Positions 54,738 to 63,057 of a stretch of DNA of 64,000 nt are shown here, piece by piece. The translations under genes and the position numbers were made by a program. Under the pieces are notes generated by a model. The model saw only the letters and a program-made list of their open reading frames with translations. It was not told where the DNA came from and ran no database searches. Where the stretch lies: positions 182 to 64,181 of the forward strand of contig SVSL01000005.1 in assembly GCA_015064315.1 (NCBI GenBank). Reading direction: 5' to 3'. Numbering within the stretch: the stretch's first letter is position 1; each line of letters begins with the position of its first letter. The stretch comes from Oscillospiraceae bacterium (GTDB lineage: Bacteria > Bacillota > Clostridia > Oscillospirales > CAG-272).

Positions 54738-54739
54738 GC

Positions 54740-54854
54740 AAATTCTGCGGTGCAGAATTTGCAGTGAAATACGGCTTCGCCGTGTGAAATTCGCCTATGG
54801 CGAGTGAAATCGATTGCAAGCAATCGGTGAAATACGCCTGCGGCGTGTGAAAAA
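54740..54854 (+). repeat. GTGAAAT-anchored hairpin array (5 units) preceded by a 10-bp hairpin
   Basis: CAAATTCTGC-ggt-GCAGAATTTG, then GTGAAAT at 54765, 54785, 54805 and 54828 and GTGAAAA at 54848. The stems are ACGGC/GCCGT, TCGCC/GGCGA, CGATTGC/GCAATCG and ACGCC/GGCGT. Confidence 0.85.
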
Positions 54855-54967
54855 ATCTTTGGAGACGAACAGAAAAAAGCGTTCTCCGCTTTCAATTTCA
54901 AAGCTTTTCAATACAAGCTTTTAACTGCAAATAAAATTGGTTTTGCGCAAGCAAAACCTACATCAAC

Positions 54968-55002
54968 TATTCACTTTTCACTATTCACTATTCACTATTC
55001 AC
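54968..55002 (+). repeat. Five tandem heptads T(A/T)TTCAC abutting the mutS ribosome-binding site
   Basis: TATTCAC TTTTCAC TATTCAC TATTCAC TATTCAC, then TTG-AAAGGAG (55005..55011) and the ATG at 55022. Confidence 0.85.
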
Positions 55003-55021
55003 TTGAAAGGAGCCTCCCGCC

Positions 55022-57631
55022 ATGACACCCATGATGGAGCAATATTTTGAGATCAAGGATCAATACAAGGATTACCTCCTGTTTTACCGTCTCGGAGATT
55101 TTTACGAGATGTTCTTTGACGACGCCGTTCTTGCTTCCCGTGTGCTGGGGCTGACGCTTACCGGCAGAGATTGCGGCGAGGCGGAGCGCGCTCCCATGTG
55201 CGGCGTGCCCTTTCATTCCTCGGAGAGATACATTGGAGAGCTGATCCAAAAGGGATACAAGGTTGCCATTTGCGAGCAGACTGAGGACCCCGCTTTGGCA
55301 AAGGGGCTTGTGCGGCGCGAGGTGGTGCGTGTTATCACCCCCGGAACGCTGATTGAAAGCAGCCTCCTTTCCGAACAGAAGAACAACTATCTTTGCGCCC
55401 TGTATATGGGCGAGTTTGAGTACGGCATCTGCTTTGCCGACGCTTCCACCGCGCAGGTGTACGCCACCTCCTTTGACGGAAGCAACATGGATGCCAGACT
55501 GCGCAACGAGCTTGGCACCTATGAGCCCCGCGAGATCCTTTGCAACCTCAGCCATACCCATATGGGCGAGATCGGAGAGTTTGTGGAGAGCCGTCTTGAT
55601 ATGATGCTCACCGATTCTCAAGCCGCAAGATTTGAGCTGGACGATGCCGTGTCGCGCGTCAAGGAGCAGTTTGGCGATCAGCTTCGCCCCGAGCATTTGG
55701 AGGATCACGCCATGCTCCGCGCCGTGGGCGCACTGCTTTCCTATCTCATGGACACCGAGAAGACCGACATTTCCTACATCAAGGAGCTAAGCGTTTATTC
55801 CGACGGGCAGTTCCTGGAAATGGACATCAACACCAGACGCAATCTGGAGCTGACCGAGTCCATGCGCAATAAGGAGAAAAAGGGATCTCTGCTTTGGGTG
55901 CTGGATAAGACCCGCACCGCGGCAGGCGCGAGAATGCTTCGTCAATGGGTGGAGCATCCGCTTTTGAGCACCTCCGCCATTGAGCACCGTCAGAATTCCG
56001 TGGAGGAGTTTTGCGGCAATTATATGCTTCGCGAGGAGCTGAGCGAGCTGCTTTCCCACGTGCTGGATCTGGAAAGACTTGTGACCCGTATCGTTTACGG
56101 AAGCGCAAACGGCAAGGATCTGAGAGCCGTGAGCAATACGGCGGCGGTTCTTCCCGAGATCCGTTCTCTGCTTGCCACCTGCAAGTGTGAGGAGCTTCGC
56201 AAGCTTTGCAACGATCTCGATCCGCTGGGAGATATCTATAATACCATCGTGGCAGCCATCAAGGCGGACGCGCCCTTCTCGGTGCGTGACGGCGGCATCA
56301 TTGAGGATGGCTACGATAAGGACGTGGACTATCTGCGAGAGATCATGAAGAGCGGTAAGAGCATGATCGAGGAGATTGCCGATGCCGAGCGTGAAAAGAC
56401 CGGCATCAAGACCCTCAAGATCAGCTACAACAAGGTCTTTGGCTACTATATTGAGGTCACCAAGTCGCTGATCTCTCAGGTGCCCGACCGATACGTCAGA
56501 AAGCAAACCCTCTCCAACTGTGAGCGTTATATTACTCAAGAGCTCAAGGACATGGAGGCTACCATTCTCGGCGCGGCGGATAAGATCTGCGCTCTGGAAT
56601 ATGAGATCTTCCAAAAGATCCGCGGCTTTGTTGCCGAGCAGAGCGCACGGCTTCAGAGAACGGCGGCGCAGCTTGCGGAGCTGGACGTTTATCTTTCTCT
56701 TGCAACCGTTGCCTCCAAGAACCGTTACGTGCGTCCCGAGGTGGACGGCGGTGACGGGATCTATATCAAGGACGGCAGACATCCCGTGGTGGAGCAGTTT
56801 GTAAAGGATACCTATTTCGTTCCCAACGACGTGGAGCTGGATACGGGCGCTAATCGGCTTATGCTGATCACGGGTCCCAACATGGCGGGTAAATCCACCT
56901 ATATGCGACAGGTGGCGCTCATCTGCGTTATGGCGCAGATCGGATCCTTCGTTCCCGCGGCAGAGGCGCGCGTGGGCGTGGTGGACAAGGTCTTTACCCG
57001 TGTGGGCGCATCGGACGATCTGGCATCGGGACAGTCTACCTTTATGCTGGAGATGAACGAGGTCTCCTATATTCTCAAAAACGCGACGAGAAAGAGCCTG
57101 ATCATTTACGACGAGGTGGGCAGAGGTACCTCCACCTTTGACGGCATGAGCATTGCCCGTGCCATTGTGGAGTACACCAATAGCCGAAAGATCGGCGCAA
57201 AAACATTGTTCGCAACCCACTACCACGAGCTTACCTCCATGGAGGAGGAATTCGAGGGCGTGGTCAACTATAACATCGCCGCCAAAAAGCGCGGTGACAG
57301 TATCACCTTCCTGCGCAAGATCGTGCGCGGCTCCACCGACGACAGCTACGGCATTGAGGTCGCAAAGCTGGCGGGACTTCCGGGCGAGGTCATCAAGCGC
57401 GCCCGTGAGATCCTTTCCTCGGTGGAGGAGACCTCCAAAGCCATTTCGGATAGCGTGGAGGGGGGCATCGGCACGCGCAAAAAGACGGTTGCAAAGGATG
57501 ATACTCTCATTACCATTGACGATTGCATCAACGAGCAGATCATTGCCGAGCTCAAGGGCGTGGATCTGAACACCCTTTCTCCCTTTGAGTGTATGTCCTT
57601 CCTCTTTGACCTGAAAAAAAGATTGCAATAA
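55022..57631 (+). CDS. mutS: DNA mismatch repair protein MutS
   Basis: MTPMMEQYFEIKDQYKDYLLFYRLGDFYEMFFDDA, Walker A GPNMAGKST, and a C-terminal dimerisation region. Confidence 0.95.
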   Translation: MTPMMEQYFEIKDQYKDYLLFYRLGDFYEMFFDDAVLASRVLGLTLTGRDCGEAERAPMCGVPFHSSERYIGELIQKGYKVAICEQTEDPALAKGLVRREVVRVITPGTLIESSLLSEQKNNYLCALYMGEFEYGICFADASTAQVYATSFDGSNMDARLRNELGTYEPREILCNLSHTHMGEIGEFVESRLDMMLTDSQAARFELDDAVSRVKEQFGDQLRPEHLEDHAMLRAVGALLSYLMDTEKTDISYIKELSVYSDGQFLEMDINTRRNLELTESMRNKEKKGSLLWVLDKTRTAAGARMLRQWVEHPLLSTSAIEHRQNSVEEFCGNYMLREELSELLSHVLDLERLVTRIVYGSANGKDLRAVSNTAAVLPEIRSLLATCKCEELRKLCNDLDPLGDIYNTIVAAIKADAPFSVRDGGIIEDGYDKDVDYLREIMKSGKSMIEEIADAEREKTGIKTLKISYNKVFGYYIEVTKSLISQVPDRYVRKQTLSNCERYITQELKDMEATILGAADKICALEYEIFQKIRGFVAEQSARLQRTAAQLAELDVYLSLATVASKNRYVRPEVDGGDGIYIKDGRHPVVEQFVKDTYFVPNDVELDTGANRLMLITGPNMAGKSTYMRQVALICVMAQIGSFVPAAEARVGVVDKVFTRVGASDDLASGQSTFMLEMNEVSYILKNATRKSLIIYDEVGRGTSTFDGMSIARAIVEYTNSRKIGAKTLFATHYHELTSMEEEFEGVVNYNIAAKKRGDSITFLRKIVRGSTDDSYGIEVAKLAGLPGEVIKRAREILSSVEETSKAISDSVEGGIGTRKKTVAKDDTLITIDDCINEQIIAELKGVDLNTLSPFECMSFLFDLKKRLQ

Positions 57632-57646
57632 AAGGATACTGTCAAT

Positions 57647-59416
57647 ATGAAACTGTGGTATGAGCCTTATCAGATTATCAATCAAAATCAAAACGCGACG
57701 GTTCAGACAAGCGCCAACGAGATCTCGAAGGAGATCGTGGAGCTGCGTGTGGCAGTGAAGCTTCCCACCGTCTGTGTCCCCCAAAAGATCACTCTGATCT
57801 TTCAAACGCCCTGCGTGGATCTGTACAGCATTTGGGGAACCGGACTTCGCATGCGTCAATACCTGCCTGCCGATTGGAGTAAGATCGGTTCCTCCGCAAG
57901 CCTTGCTTCGGGAGAGCCTCTTCACGCCATTCTTTCGCAGAACGGCGAAAATCGTATCACCTTTGCTCTTTCCGACGCCAAGACGCCCTGCAAGATCTGC
58001 TCGGGCGTGAATGAGGAAAGCTCCACGGTGCTGACCGAGGTGATCCTGTTCAAGGAGCCCGTTGCTCCCATTGATCATTACGAGGTCACCCTTCGCTTGG
58101 ATCGCACCCAAGAGCCCTTTGGGAAGACCGTGGCACGTGTGGATGCCTGGTGGCAGACCGATTGCGGATACCCTGCGGCATACGTTCCCGCCGCCGCGAG
58201 AATGCCGGTGTATTCCACCTGGTATTCCTTCCACAATGATGTGAGTGCCGAGCCTATTGTGAAGCAATGCGAAATGGCAAAGAAAATGGGCATGGACACT
58301 GTCATCGTGGACGCCGGCTGGGAGATGGACGGTCCCGAGCGTACCTTTGCCTATTGCGGTGACTGGTCACCTGCCGTTTCCAAATTCCCCGATATGAAGG
58401 CTTTTTCGGATCGCATCCATGATATGGGCATGAAGGTCATGTTTTGGTTTTCGGTTCCTTTTGTGGGAAAACGCTCCAAGGCTTATGAAACATTCAAGGA
58501 TATGCTCCTGGGCATTCACGAGGACGCGGGAGAGAATAGCTGCTACCGCTTGGATCCAAGGTATCCCGAGGTGCGTTCCTATTTGGTGAATATTTACCGC
58601 CATGCTCTTATGGAGTGGGGCATTGACGGCTTTAAATTAGATTTTATCGACTCCTTCAAGCTGAGCGCCGACACTCCCGAGAGCGATCCCCGCCGTGACA
58701 TTGCCTCCCTGGAGGACGCGGTGGATCAACTGCTCAAGGAGGTGACCGAGGCACTGTGCGAGATCAACCCCGAGGTGCTGATCGAGTTCCGTCAGACCTA
58801 CACAGGCCCCGTCATTCGCAAGTACGGAAACATGTTCCGTGTCTTCGATTGCCCCAACGATTCTATGCGCAATCGCTTTGCCATGGGCGAGCTGAGAACC
58901 CTTATGGGGGGCGCGGCGGTGCATTCGGATATGCTGGAGTGGCATGACGACGACACAGGAGAATCGGTGGCAAGACAGCTGCTTTCCACCCTCTTTATGG
59001 TTCCTCAGATCTCGGTGCTGTTGGATGAAATCTCCGAGGAGCATTCTTGGGTGCTGAAAAACCATCTTGCCTTTTGGAGAGAACACCAAGAGGTGCTTCT
59101 TGACGGAGAATTTCGCGCATATGATCCCACGGCGCATTACAGTCTGATGACCTCCCAAAAGGATGGAACCATCATCGCCGCCGCATACATGGATACCCCT
59201 TTGGAGATCGGCGAGAATTTTGAGAAGATCATCTTCTTCAACGCCACCGCCAAGGATCGCTTGACGCTTCGCTTTGAGATTCCGACCGCCGCCCACACCT
59301 GCCGTGTTTACAACTGCATGGGTGAGCTGATCTCGGAAGAAACAAAAGAATTTTCCAAGGGTATTTACGATCTGCCCGTATCCGACGGGGGAAGAGCAGA
59401 GATTATAAAGGTCTGA
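57647..59416 (+). CDS. Clan GH-D (GH36/GH27-like) alpha-galactosidase-family protein
   Basis: VIVDAGWEMDG..., FWFSVPFVG, GIDGFKLDFIDSF (KxD nucleophile-type motif). The family call is made by eye. Confidence 0.6.
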   Translation: MKLWYEPYQIINQNQNATVQTSANEISKEIVELRVAVKLPTVCVPQKITLIFQTPCVDLYSIWGTGLRMRQYLPADWSKIGSSASLASGEPLHAILSQNGENRITFALSDAKTPCKICSGVNEESSTVLTEVILFKEPVAPIDHYEVTLRLDRTQEPFGKTVARVDAWWQTDCGYPAAYVPAAARMPVYSTWYSFHNDVSAEPIVKQCEMAKKMGMDTVIVDAGWEMDGPERTFAYCGDWSPAVSKFPDMKAFSDRIHDMGMKVMFWFSVPFVGKRSKAYETFKDMLLGIHEDAGENSCYRLDPRYPEVRSYLVNIYRHALMEWGIDGFKLDFIDSFKLSADTPESDPRRDIASLEDAVDQLLKEVTEALCEINPEVLIEFRQTYTGPVIRKYGNMFRVFDCPNDSMRNRFAMGELRTLMGGAAVHSDMLEWHDDDTGESVARQLLSTLFMVPQISVLLDEISEEHSWVLKNHLAFWREHQEVLLDGEFRAYDPTAHYSLMTSQKDGTIIAAAYMDTPLEIGENFEKIIFFNATAKDRLTLRFEIPTAAHTCRVYNCMGELISEETKEFSKGIYDLPVSDGGRAEIIKV

Positions 59417-59498
59417 AAGATTCCCCCAAAAACGATTTTGAATAAATCATATGTGAAAAAATCGTAGTGACCAAAAGAATGAAGTGAATTAATTCAAA

Positions 59499-59617
59499 GC
59501 CTCCCTTGTGTAAAGGGAGGTGCCGAGCTTGCGAGGCGGAGGGATTGTCAAATACAAGTTTTTTGCATACAATCCCTCAGTCACCTTCGGTGACAGCTCC
59601 CTTTGCACAAGGGAGCC
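59499..59617. repeat. Composite palindromic element built from two inverted ~48-nt units
   Basis: CTCCCTT-gtgta-AAGGGAG ... GAGGGATTGT (59539..59548) / ACAATCCCTC (59569..59578) ... GTCACC-ttcg-GGTGAC ... CTCCCTT-tgcac-AAGGGAG. Confidence 0.7.
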
Positions 59618-59688
59618 TTAGGTTTTTGAAAATTGTTGCTTGTTTTTTCTAAAAGGAGCCTCATCATTCATCCGGAAAAGGAGTTTTT

Positions 59689-59829
59689 ATGAGAACACCC
59701 GAACAGGTTATTTTTGCCAATATGTGCATGATTTGCGATGATATGGGCAACGTGCTGGTGCAGGACCGTGTGGATCCCAAGTGGTCGGGAATCACCTTTC
59801 CCGGCGGTCACGTGGAAAGCGGCGAATGA
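59689..59829 (+). pseudogene. Truncated NUDIX hydrolase (MutT-like) N-terminal remnant, 46 codons
   Basis: MRTPEQVIFANMCMICDDMGNVLVQDRVDPKWSGITFPGGHVESGE-stop. It ends within the first residues of the Nudix box (GGHVESGE), and no frame continues the box. Confidence 0.6.
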
Positions 59830-59874
59830 TTTATCGAAAGTCAAAATGACATCCCTCATTCACTACAAAAATTT

Positions 59875-59935
59875 TGTGAAGGTTTTTGGAGGGTGCGGGA
59901 ACCTTTTTCCTTAAAAAAGGTTCCCGCGAAAAAAG
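59875..59935. repeat. TGTGAAGG-TTTTTGGAGG + GGAACC-T/A hairpin element (family copy 2)
   Basis: GCGGGAACCTTTTT-cctt-AAAAAAGGTTCCCGC (59895..59927). It lies directly after the NUDIX truncation point. Confidence 0.7.
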
Positions 59936-59961
59936 AATCAATCAATGAAAGGAGAACGCAT

Positions 59962-62064
59962 ATGGGAAAAATCAATGTCCTGCCCTTTGCCGTGGCGAAT
60001 CTGATCGCGGCGGGCGAGGTGGTAGACAGACCTGCTTCGGTCATCAAGGAGCTGCTTGAAAACGCCATCGACTCGGGTGCTGACCGCATTACCGTGGAGA
60101 TTCAGAACGGCGGCGTTACCTTTATGCGCGTCACCGACAACGGCTGCGGAATGGAGCCCGACGATCTTCCCGTGGCAATTCGCAGACACGCCACCAGTAA
60201 GATCAGGGAAGCAACCGATCTGGACGGCATTCTCACCCTCGGCTTCCGCGGAGAAGCACTTGCCGCCATTGCGTCGGTCTCCAATATGCGCATCATTTCC
60301 AAAACTGCCGACGCTCCCTTTGGAGCGGTGCTGGAGGCGAGAGGCGGCGAGATCCTCTCACTCACCGAGCAGGGCTGCTCTACGGGTACCTCGGTAATCG
60401 TGGAGGATCTTTTTGCCAACGTGCCCGCGAGAAGAAAGTTCCTCAAAAAGGACGTGACCGAATCCATGGCGGTGACAGCAAACGTGGAAAAGATCGCCCT
60501 TTCCCATCCCGAGATCGCTCTGCGTCTCATCGTGGACGGCAACGTCAAGCTGGAAACGGCGGGGGACGGCAATCTGCAAAACACCATCTATGCTGTGTTC
60601 GGCAAGGATTTTGCCACCCGACTCATTGAGGTGAACACCGAGAACGAGGGCATTTCCATCAAGGGTTATATCGGCAGAAGCGATAATTTCAAGGCAAACC
60701 GAAATTATCAGAATTTCTTCATCAACGGACGCTTTGTCAAAAGCAAGACCGCCATGGCGGCTCTGGAGCAGGCGTATACCTCTTATATGCCCCCCGAAAA
60801 GTTCCCCGCCTGCGTGCTTTACATTGGCATCAACCCCTCCCGCGTGGACGTGAACGTGCATCCCGCCAAGTTAGAGGTCAAATTCTCCAACGAAAAGCCT
60901 GTGTTTGAGGCGATCTACTATACCGTGAGAACCGCGCTGGAGAACAATATCACGCGCCCCTCCATGACGCTGGACATCAGCCCCAAGGGCAGACGAAGCG
61001 GATACGAGAGCCGCGTATCGGATCAACAGATCCCCGTGCGCGACGGCAAGCGCGAGAGCATGAAATCGGAGCAGCTTTCCTTTGATCCCGAGGGAAGAAC
61101 CCAGCCCCAGCCGCAGATCCGCATGACCGCCGAGGAATATCGTGCCACGTATGCAAACCACGGCAAGGAAAACGCCAACCGCTTTTCGGGCTATCAAAGC
61201 ACCGCCAACCGAGCGCTTTCCACCAAGGGCAATCTTCCTTTGATTGCGGAGGAGATTCCCAAGGGGACTCCCAAGCCAATTTCTCAACCCACGCCCGTGG
61301 AAAAGCCTGCGCAAACGCCTGCGGATTTTCCCACGCTTCCTGCGGAGGAAGCGCCGCGCGTGACAACGCCGATTCCTCCCGTGGAATCCAAAATCCCCGA
61401 AAAAGCCCCCGATCCCATTCCCACCCCCGCACCTGTGCAGGAAGCGCCCCGTGAGGTCGTCAAGGAAAGTGCTCCCGCGAGACATTGGCGCGTCATTGGC
61501 GAGGCGTTCAACTGCTACGTGCTGGTGGAGATCGAGGATAAGATGCTGATTATTGACAAGCACGCCGCCCACGAGCGCATCCTTTTTGAGGAATTGAAGG
61601 CGGCAATGCTGCGTGCAAATCCCTCCTCTCAGCTGCTCATGCTCCCCGTGGAGGTCATGATGACAAGCGCCGAGGTGGAGGCACTCAAGGAGTACCACGA
61701 AGAATTGGATCGCATCGGATTTTCTCTGCGCTATGCCAGAAATACCGTCTTTGCCGATGCCATTCCCGAGGGCATCGCAACAAATGCCGTTCCCGATATG
61801 CTGGGAACCATGGCAGGACGCATCCTCAATTCTACGGGAAGCGTGAAGCTGACAAGAGATATCCTCTTTGAAAAAGCCCTCTATCAGGCGGCTTGCAAGG
61901 CGGCGATCAAGGGCGGACGCTCCTATGCCGAGGGGCATATCGAGTGGCTGGTGAAAAAGCTGATGGAGATTCCCGACATCACCTTCTGTCCCCACGGCAG
62001 ACCCGTGGCAATGGAGCTTTCCCACCATACGCTGGATAAGCAGTTTGACCGTACGGGGTTCTGA
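59962..62064 (+). CDS. mutL: DNA mismatch repair endonuclease MutL
   Basis: GKINVLPFAVANLIAAGEVVDRPASVIKELLENAIDSGA, a Pro-rich linker, and a C-terminal DKHAAHERILFE endonuclease motif. The start at 59962 follows GAAAGGAG. Confidence 0.95.
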   Translation: MGKINVLPFAVANLIAAGEVVDRPASVIKELLENAIDSGADRITVEIQNGGVTFMRVTDNGCGMEPDDLPVAIRRHATSKIREATDLDGILTLGFRGEALAAIASVSNMRIISKTADAPFGAVLEARGGEILSLTEQGCSTGTSVIVEDLFANVPARRKFLKKDVTESMAVTANVEKIALSHPEIALRLIVDGNVKLETAGDGNLQNTIYAVFGKDFATRLIEVNTENEGISIKGYIGRSDNFKANRNYQNFFINGRFVKSKTAMAALEQAYTSYMPPEKFPACVLYIGINPSRVDVNVHPAKLEVKFSNEKPVFEAIYYTVRTALENNITRPSMTLDISPKGRRSGYESRVSDQQIPVRDGKRESMKSEQLSFDPEGRTQPQPQIRMTAEEYRATYANHGKENANRFSGYQSTANRALSTKGNLPLIAEEIPKGTPKPISQPTPVEKPAQTPADFPTLPAEEAPRVTTPIPPVESKIPEKAPDPIPTPAPVQEAPREVVKESAPARHWRVIGEAFNCYVLVEIEDKMLIIDKHAAHERILFEELKAAMLRANPSSQLLMLPVEVMMTSAEVEALKEYHEELDRIGFSLRYARNTVFADAIPEGIATNAVPDMLGTMAGRILNSTGSVKLTRDILFEKALYQAACKAAIKGGRSYAEGHIEWLVKKLMEIPDITFCPHGRPVAMELSHHTLDKQFDRTGF

Positions 62065-62065
62065 T

Positions 62066-62554
62066 ATGAAGAACAACCGTTTGGAAATCCTTTTGGATTT
62101 TCTTGGGCGATTTGCCAAGGAACACATCAGCATGGCATTGGCGTGCATCCTGTTGTTTTTCTTTTACCGGGACATGGTGGGCGATCTCGTATTATTGATC
62201 GTTCTTGCTTTTTTGGTGCTATACGGAACCGCTATGGCGGTGTGTTATTTTGGAATGACCAAGCTGGAAAAATATCAGAGAAGCGGGACGGTGACGGGGA
62301 AGCGGTTGTTTGGGCTGTCTGTTCTGATCGCTATGCCCATCTATTATTTGTGGATGGTGGTGTCTCTGATTCCCATTGTTCGGTACGAGCTTTGGCTGCT
62401 CACCGGATTGCCGCTTGTAATCATAACCGGAACTACGCTTTTCTCGGTTGTGGATCATTGGAGAGAAAACAAGGCTTTGTTCTGGCTTTTCCAAGTCGGC
62501 GTTTACCTGTGTGTGCTGGCTGGTGGACAACTGGTGATCCATTTGCTTTTCTAA
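62066..62554 (+). CDS. Hypothetical membrane protein (about 4 TM helices)
   Basis: The ATG lies 2 nt after the mutL stop. The hydrophobic segments span the whole protein. Confidence 0.65.
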   Translation: MKNNRLEILLDFLGRFAKEHISMALACILLFFFYRDMVGDLVLLIVLAFLVLYGTAMAVCYFGMTKLEKYQRSGTVTGKRLFGLSVLIAMPIYYLWMVVSLIPIVRYELWLLTGLPLVIITGTTLFSVVDHWRENKALFWLFQVGVYLCVLAGGQLVIHLLF

Positions 62555-62688
62555 CCCCAATTGTGCGGAGCAACAAGAAACTCCTTCCGGCATTTTCTGG
62601 AAAAAATGCCACCTCCCTCTGGGAGGGAGGCTCAAAGGAACCTTCGCCGCGGTATAAACGGCGATTCGACAAAAGTTGATTTTTCGTT

Positions 62689-62813
62689 TGTAGGGACAGG
62701 CGTCCTCGACTGTCCGAAAACAAAAGATCTTTGCTTGGTTGATGGTTACTATTGACAACCGTATAAAAGCGATATTTTTTCTTTGCGGACAGTCGGGGAC
62801 GCCTGTCCCTACA
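62689..62813. repeat. REPIN/MITE-like element with 28-nt inverted arms
   Basis: TGTAGGGACAGGCGTCCTCGACTGTCCG (62689..62716) and CGGACAGTCGGGGACGCCTGTCCCTACA (62786..62813), with one loop mismatch. Confidence 0.8.
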
Positions 62814-62947
62814 TTTCAAAAAATAACACGGCGATTAAGAGCCAAAAATCTGTTTGTTTTGCGGCGTTGAAAGACTGTCGCCCGTCTTCTCCTACGGATA
62901 GAAAAACTAACATCCCCATTTACATAGCAGCCTCCTTTGTGAAAGTT

Positions 62948-63002
62948 TTTGGAGGTGTCGGAACCTTTTTTCAAAAGGGTTCTGACAAAAAAGAAAAATT
63001 CA
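62948..63002. repeat. TGTGAAAG-TTTTTGGAGG + GGAACC-T/A hairpin element (family copy 3, degenerate)
   Basis: TGTGAAAGTTTTTGGAGGTGTCGGAACCTTTTTTTCAAAAGGGTTCTGAC. Confidence 0.6.
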
Positions 63003-63057
63003 ATCAAAAAACAGGGCGTAAGCTGTGTTCTTACGACCCGGGAAAGGACTTTGAATC

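Noticed and set aside
55787-58267. 826-aa ORF on the minus strand spanning the mutS/GH36-like boundary
   Set aside because: It is antisense to mutS, whose identity is unambiguous, and it crosses a gene boundary. It is the same kind of shadow-frame artefact.
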